A DNA stretch of 62,359 bases from positions 1 to 62,359 of the IMG/VR virus record IMGVR_UViG_3300032290_000471; one strand, written 5' to 3'. The notes under the pieces are model-generated. The model was not told where the DNA came from. It was given only the letters and a program-made list of their open reading frames with translations, and made no database searches. The translations under genes and the position numbers were made by a program. This DNA is from a virus (Duplodnaviria; Caudoviricetes). This document shows, piece by piece, positions 56,851 to 62,359 of this stretch (positions are counted from its first letter, which is position 1; each line of letters starts with the position of its first letter).

Positions 56851-57669
56851 ATGCAAGAAGCATTTTTGCCATTTTTATCAGCAGCGGTTTCTATTGGAGG
56901 AGCGGCTATGTCATTTTTTCAAGCTTCAAAACAAAGTAGATTAATGTCAGAAGCAGAAACTGCTGCGGCAGAGGCTATGGCTCAGGCTCGTAAGGACTTG
57001 GGTAAGAATTTCTATGCGGGATTGTCTATACAAAAAGAGCCATATGAGCTTCAAAGAGAGGCTATGATGGGTACGGCAGCTCAGGCTATTGAGGCAGGTA
57101 GAGAAAGTGAAAGGGGTACTGCTGCTACAGCAGGAAGGATATATGAAGCTGCGCAACAAGGGCAAGGCGACATAAGAACTCAGATGGGGCAAGAGTTGAT
57201 GGGATTAGAGAAGTTGACGGCTCAAGAAGAGAGCAGACTTCGTGATATAAATGCTAATATAAGTTTACAGGAAGCTCAAGGTTATCAACAGATGGCTGCT
57301 GACGCTCAAGAGGCTTCGGCCAAATCAATTCAACAAGGATTCGGTGCGCTTCAGACAGGCATACAACAAGGCATTCAAATGATACCATTGTACCCTAAAA
57401 AGGGGGAGAAGAAAACAACACCTACTACCGATACAAATAATTTTGTTATGCAGAACAGACAAAATCAACCTGCATATGACCCATTTGGAGTAGGTACACT
57501 TGGAAGTTCTAATCAAGGTGGTATGTTGGCTCAACCATTTTACACATACCCTGCCAATCAGTACAGTTCAAATCCGTTGTCGCCAAATCAACCACCATAC
57601 AATCCATTGACTCCAAACATGCCATCATACGCATCAAGTTTCTATAACCCATTTAATATAGGAAGATAA
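56851..57669 (+). CDS. Putative ejection protein
   Basis: Hydrophobic A/G N-terminus, A/Q-rich helices, P/N-rich tail; TAAATTTG at 56824-56831. Confidence 0.6.
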   Translation: MQEAFLPFLSAAVSIGGAAMSFFQASKQSRLMSEAETAAAEAMAQARKDLGKNFYAGLSIQKEPYELQREAMMGTAAQAIEAGRESERGTAATAGRIYEAAQQGQGDIRTQMGQELMGLEKLTAQEESRLRDINANISLQEAQGYQQMAADAQEASAKSIQQGFGALQTGIQQGIQMIPLYPKKGEKKTTPTTDTNNFVMQNRQNQPAYDPFGVGTLGSSNQGGMLAQPFYTYPANQYSSNPLSPNQPPYNPLTPNMPSYASSFYNPFNIGR

Positions 57670-57671
57670 CC

Positions 57672-59435
57672 ATGCCAATAGGATATAAATACGCAGAGCG
57701 TTCAGCGGACAATTATGTGAATTGGGCCAAGATTGGTACCGATATGTCTACAATGCTTGCCGATGAGAATAAGGCAAGAGAAGATAAGAAAGAAGCGTAT
57801 AATCAGGCTACGAGAAAAGTGCTTAATGATTTGGCAAATGCGCCTATGGGCGAGAACCAAGATGCAAATGGTGTTTTGGCAAAGGCATCTAGAGATTTGA
57901 CTGAATATGTAAAGATGCAGGACAAGTTGTTTAAGGCAGGAAAGCTGAAGGAGATGGATTATGTGCATACTAGACAAAACGTCTCTGATGGATACAATAA
58001 TCTTTTTGGCTTAGCTAAAGAACTTCAAGCTGATTATTCATCAAAGATGGAGAGATACAGGAAAGGAGATTCGTCCATTTCTGAAGCTGATGTTATGGCC
58101 ATGATTGAATCATTGGGCAACATAGCCGACAGTCAGATATATATCAACCCGATGAATGGAATGGTGAGCGTGGCAAAAACAAAGAAAGAGGTTATTAATG
58201 GCAAGGAGGTTACTACAATGGATAACGACCCGAGCAAGATGTTTGCCGTTAATGAGCTTAGGAACTATATAAAGCAAAAGTTTGACAAGTTTAACTTAGG
58301 TGTTGTTGATGCTGACGTAAAGACTGTAGGAAAGAAAACTATGTCTATACTTACTCAGGGAACATTGACAAAAATTGGTTCTGTATTGTCTATAAACGAC
58401 CCTGTTGTAATGTCAAAGTTGAATACTGACCCCGAGAAGAAACAAGTCACAGATTTTAAGAAATATGTGACAGACTTGGCAAATGTTCGTGTAGAAGGAA
58501 ATCCATTTAATGCTCAGTCGATACTCAGGGATTTTGTTGGCTCTAACCCTGCTACAAATAAACCTTACGAGGTTAAACTTACCAATAAGTTTGACGCTGC
58601 TGAGGCTGCCAAGAACCCTAACGTAATTTACCTTCAAAAGCAGAGTAACGGCTCTCTTATGCCTGTCTTATCTGACGAGCAGAAGAAAGTAGCTAGAGAC
58701 TTTATTGAAGAAAGAATCTACGCAGGTGTAGACCAAGAACAGAAGATACAGGCTACGGCATATAGACCGCAACCACAACAGCAAACTCAAGTTGGATACC
58801 AAAAAGAAATTGACATAAAAGATGCTCGAAACTTAGCTAAAAATATAGCTAATTTGCTTACGGGTAATGAATCTGAGGTGAAAAACTCAGCGGGATATTT
58901 TAAATTGGGAGATAGGCCTTCTTATGTTGAAAAAGAAAAACAAATAATTACTATATATGACAAAGCAGGAAATCCTATTGAATTTAATCCATCATCTGAA
59001 AGGCAAAGAAAAGATGCAGTAAGAAGAATGGTTAGGGGTCTTAATACAATGGGATTAAATGAAGATGATGTAGTTAATTTCGCAATGGATGAAATAGGCA
59101 ATAAACCATTCACAGAGTCTTCTAAAAAAGTAGGATACCCATACGAGGCTCCTGCGGTTGTACAAGAAGGTTTGCAAGATGCTATATCAACATTGCCTAC
59201 TGATTTATTCAATGAAGAGCAAGGATATGTTGCTACTGAAATAAATAAGGCGTTGGGTAAATACGGAGTAACAGCTAAAGCTATAGGAACGGGAACAGAT
59301 GATATCGTTAGAGTTAGATACAAGGACGCAAAAGGTAAACCTATGAAAGTAGATTTATTAGCTGATAGATATGGAGGAGATGCCTCTGCCGAAAGAATAA
59401 GTATATTAATGAATGCATTAATTCCTGCTCCATAA
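57672..59435 (+). CDS. Putative ejection/internal virion protein
   Basis: 587 aa between the small and giant internal-protein genes. Confidence 0.55.
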   Translation: MPIGYKYAERSADNYVNWAKIGTDMSTMLADENKAREDKKEAYNQATRKVLNDLANAPMGENQDANGVLAKASRDLTEYVKMQDKLFKAGKLKEMDYVHTRQNVSDGYNNLFGLAKELQADYSSKMERYRKGDSSISEADVMAMIESLGNIADSQIYINPMNGMVSVAKTKKEVINGKEVTTMDNDPSKMFAVNELRNYIKQKFDKFNLGVVDADVKTVGKKTMSILTQGTLTKIGSVLSINDPVVMSKLNTDPEKKQVTDFKKYVTDLANVRVEGNPFNAQSILRDFVGSNPATNKPYEVKLTNKFDAAEAAKNPNVIYLQKQSNGSLMPVLSDEQKKVARDFIEERIYAGVDQEQKIQATAYRPQPQQQTQVGYQKEIDIKDARNLAKNIANLLTGNESEVKNSAGYFKLGDRPSYVEKEKQIITIYDKAGNPIEFNPSSERQRKDAVRRMVRGLNTMGLNEDDVVNFAMDEIGNKPFTESSKKVGYPYEAPAVVQEGLQDAISTLPTDLFNEEQGYVATEINKALGKYGVTAKAIGTGTDDIVRVRYKDAKGKPMKVDLLADRYGGDASAERISILMNALIPAP

Positions 59436-59446
59436 AATATAAATAA

Positions 59447-62359
59447 ATGAACGAGAATCAATTACAAGAGCTTTACAACAGAATATCTGCTGCTGATGCT
59501 ACATACAGCAAGAGATACACATTTGACCAATTCAAGACCAATATGCAGGACCAAGCATATGTTGGTAAACTTAGTAGTTGGGCATCAAGCAGAGGTATTG
59601 ATATACCAACAGAACAACCACCTGTTCAGCAACCACCCGTACAGCAACGCCCTGTTGCTAACGCATACAATGCCGAGGACCTTTTAAAAAAAAAGTCCAT
59701 TCAATCGGTTTCGTCATCGGACCAATCTTCATCGGCATCAACATCAGAACAAAATGAAGAGGAGCCTAAGCCATTATACAATGTAGACTCTAAAAGATAC
59801 GAGACTAAACTACCTCAGCAAAAAGAGCAAGAGTTTCAAAAATGGCTTGATTCGCAAGTTAAATTGGGCAGAATATCCCAAGGCGACTATGATTTTTATA
59901 AAAGAAATGGATATGGGTATAACTACGACTTTAGAGCTGCGTTTTTAAATAAAGATTCAGGAGGAATAAGTCCCGTAGATAATCAATGGCATTGGAGCGA
60001 TTATGGTAAAAAACCAAATCACCCTACATTTTCAGTTGAGTCCGTCTATAATATGAGGGATGGGTTGCAAGGCGGTGTTTGGGGAGGAAAAGAAGGAGAA
60101 GATTTTATGGCTCCTTTTAAGCCGCAACCTGCCGTAAGCGAAGGCACACGGGCAGGCGTACCCCCAATCCAACAACAACAAAAAGTACAACAACAGATAC
60201 AACAAAGAGAGCAGAAGCGTAATCTGCCTCAATTTGTCACTGAGCAAGTTGAAGGCGTTACGCCTGAATTGATGTCTAAGGAAGAGGAGTTTGTTGTGCC
60301 TCAGCTTAACTACAAGTTTGGCCCTCTTGGTTTCAAGTTTGAAGAGTCAGGTATAACCAACAACGTGACTGTTACAGCGCCAAACGGCAAAAAGAAAGAC
60401 ATACCAATCCCAACAAATTTATACCAAGACTTGACAACAGGGAACCCTGTACTTAGTGTATTAGGAAAGTTGTTTGGTTATGAAGAAGGACTTGAAAAGG
60501 AAGGTGCAGAGCCTGCCTCTGAACTGAAGATGTTCATCAGAGAGAACGCACAAAATATCAAAGACTTGGCTAAGTACGAGTCGATGTACAGAGGAGAGAA
60601 AGTCAAGTACGAAACAACAAAGCAAGCGGAAGATTCAATAAAATCAGCTTCTGACGAATACAATGCTATAAATGCAAAAATAAACTCTTATTCAAAAGAG
60701 TCTGCAATGGCAGACAAAATGTTTGAGGAACTAAATAAAGTACCCGAAGACCAAAGGGACGATGCGTACAATAAAAGATATGACGAAGCTATTGATATGA
60801 AACAGAGAGCAATAGCAAACGCCAACTCTATAGATGCTGACAGGTACTATGCATCTTCAGTAAAGTATAAGGATGTAGAAAAGTCAGTTGGTGATTACTT
60901 CATGATGAAAAGCGAGCAAGGCACATGGATAGGCGCATTGACTAGAGGCGAATTAAGAGGCACAGGAAGCCTGTTGGCAGGTGCTGTTGACCTAGGAGTA
61001 ATGGCGGGTAATGTGGCTATGTATCCATATATGGCAGGTCAGCCTGAGATGGTAAGACAGAGAGACGAATTGAGAAGGGGCATAATTAATTTCTTCGTAG
61101 ATAACTTTGGCGACAAGTCAACGACAGAACAGTGGACTGCTGCCATGAGCGAAAAGAATGTTGCCAATGCTGCTGTGTTGGGATTGGGTAGTATGGCCCC
61201 CGCATTAGCGGCAGGGGCCATCGCAGGTCCTATAGCAGGAGGTGCTGTGTTTGCTGCTCAGGGATATAACGATACTATGATTGAGGCAGAAGATGCAGGA
61301 ATCCCTCCCGGTGAAAGAGAATTAGTTGCTGTGCCTGTTGGTATAACAATGGGCGTTGTAAGTGAGCTTGGCCTTGGCAAGGTTCCCGGTGTGAAGCAGT
61401 TTGCAAACAGAGTGACGGCTAAAGCGATGGGTGCCTTAGGGGCTGACTTTACAGCCACTACATTTAGGAACTTTGTACAAAACGAAGTTAAGAGTAGAAT
61501 CGCAAGAGGTGCTCTTGTGGCAGGTAAAGGTTTTGTGCATGGTTTTGAAACGGGTGTAAAGATGGAGGCGGGTACAATTGGTATAAAGGAATTGTACAAT
61601 CAAGTAAAAGACAGAAAGGATGAAGGCGGAAACTACATGAAGTCTTTCAATACTCCCGAAAGCATCGGGGACTTCTTTTCTCATTTAGTTGAATCGGGAA
61701 TATCAATGGGTATAGGCGGAACTATATTGGCTTCCCCTGAGGTGTTGAAGTCAGCCGCAGCCAAAAACAACTTCAATGGAATAAGCGACTCGCATTTAGA
61801 GATGTTTGACCTTATGAGTAAGGACGATATGTTCAACTCATTGACTACACTCAAGGTAAAACAGGATATTATAGACGGAAAGATAACAAAAGAACAGGGA
61901 GAGTTGCAGTTAAGGTCCTATCAGGAGTTGGCTTCACTAATGAAGTCGCTGCCTGATGGTCTTACAAATGCGCAGAAGAGAAAATCTCTTGGGCTCCTTC
62001 AAGAGAAGGTGTTGTTGAAAAGTCAGATTGAAAAAGGCGACCCTGCTCTTACAAAGAAGCAGAGAGATAGAGTTACCGAAATAGATAACTTCTTGGGGCA
62101 GATATCAGAAGGGAAGTACTCAGAGGTGTCTGAGATTAAGCCTGAAGATGTAAAGGTTACCATCGGAGACAAGGTGATGTGGAACCCTGACGCTGCAAAA
62201 GAGATGGAGCAGTGGGACGTGGCAGAGGTAAAAGATGATAGTGTCATCCTAACTAAGGGTGAGGAGACGCAGACAATACCATTAAAAGAATTACAACAAC
62301 ATATAACTGATACATATGCCGTTCAAAAACCTACAACAAATGAAAGCGTGTTACGCGCA
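59447..62359 (+). CDS. N-terminal part of giant putative ejection protein (continues at 1-5307)
   Basis: ATG at 59447; I read the frame to the end without a stop; missing from ORF track because it runs off the window. Confidence 0.85.
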   Translation, partial: MNENQLQELYNRISAADATYSKRYTFDQFKTNMQDQAYVGKLSSWASSRGIDIPTEQPPVQQPPVQQRPVANAYNAEDLLKKKSIQSVSSSDQSSSASTSEQNEEEPKPLYNVDSKRYETKLPQQKEQEFQKWLDSQVKLGRISQGDYDFYKRNGYGYNYDFRAAFLNKDSGGISPVDNQWHWSDYGKKPNHPTFSVESVYNMRDGLQGGVWGGKEGEDFMAPFKPQPAVSEGTRAGVPPIQQQQKVQQQIQQREQKRNLPQFVTEQVEGVTPELMSKEEEFVVPQLNYKFGPLGFKFEESGITNNVTVTAPNGKKKDIPIPTNLYQDLTTGNPVLSVLGKLFGYEEGLEKEGAEPASELKMFIRENAQNIKDLAKYESMYRGEKVKYETTKQAEDSIKSASDEYNAINAKINSYSKESAMADKMFEELNKVPEDQRDDAYNKRYDEAIDMKQRAIANANSIDADRYYASSVKYKDVEKSVGDYFMMKSEQGTWIGALTRGELRGTGSLLAGAVDLGVMAGNVAMYPYMAGQPEMVRQRDELRRGIINFFVDNFGDKSTTEQWTAAMSEKNVANAAVLGLGSMAPALAAGAIAGPIAGGAVFAAQGYNDTMIEAEDAGIPPGERELVAVPVGITMGVVSELGLGKVPGVKQFANRVTAKAMGALGADFTATTFRNFVQNEVKSRIARGALVAGKGFVHGFETGVKMEAGTIGIKELYNQVKDRKDEGGNYMKSFNTPESIGDFFSHLVESGISMGIGGTILASPEVLKSAAAKNNFNGISDSHLEMFDLMSKDDMFNSLTTLKVKQDIIDGKITKEQGELQLRSYQELASLMKSLPDGLTNAQKRKSLGLLQEKVLLKSQIEKGDPALTKKQRDRVTEIDNFLGQISEGKYSEVSEIKPEDVKVTIGDKVMWNPDAAKEMEQWDVAEVKDDSVILTKGEETQTIPLKELQQHITDTYAVQKPTTNESVLRA
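62237..62359. repeat. Exact 123-bp terminal direct repeat, copy 2
   Basis: Identical to 1-123. Confidence 0.95.

Noticed and set aside
59682-59695. Programmed frameshift at TTTTAAAAAAAAAG
   Set aside because: The zero frame stays open and no long alternative frame follows
1-62359. Prophage, integrase, tRNA genes, diversity-generating retroelement or alternative genetic code
   Set aside because: No recombinase, reverse transcriptase, cloverleaf or host genes were recognised, and standard-code ORFs tile the genome densely

Overview
The window is an apparently complete, circularly assembled lytic tailed-phage genome of about 62,236 bp. Bases 1-123 are repeated exactly at 62237-62359, inside one open reading frame. 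The host is most likely Bacteroidota (flavobacteria-like): there are many TAnnTTTG -7 promoter boxes, A-rich start regions without Shine-Dalgarno sequences, and a BT4734/VirE-N primase. The podovirus-type gene set with GroEL/GroES is reminiscent of Cellulophaga phi38:1-like phages (recalled, not searched). Two arms diverge from a non-coding control region at about 25.1-25.7 kb. The minus-strand arm (5.3-25 kb) carries early/replication genes: SF2 helicase, VRR-NUC, PAPS-reductase-like protein, primase-SF3 helicase, SSB, RecE-like exonuclease, Sak, two DnaA-domain-IV-like proteins, C5 methyltransferase, SprT, M28-like peptidase and a DksA/TraR zinc finger. The plus-strand arm (25.7 kb through the junction to 5.3 kb) carries chaperonins, lysis genes, tail fibres, terminase, portal, scaffold, major capsid, tail/nozzle genes and probable ejection proteins, including a ~2,698-aa protein that spans the junction. 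I recognised no integrase, DNA polymerase, RNA polymerase, tRNA or CRISPR array. The most notable signals are: a methyltransferase with a second subunit nested in another reading frame; a 154-bp origin-like element present twice; a palindromic hairpin in front of three early genes; near-total absence of CCAG/CTGG; two different co-chaperonins; a pseudoknot-capable intergenic RNA candidate; and a run of tiny basic proteins. All family calls come from reading motifs by eye; no searches were run.
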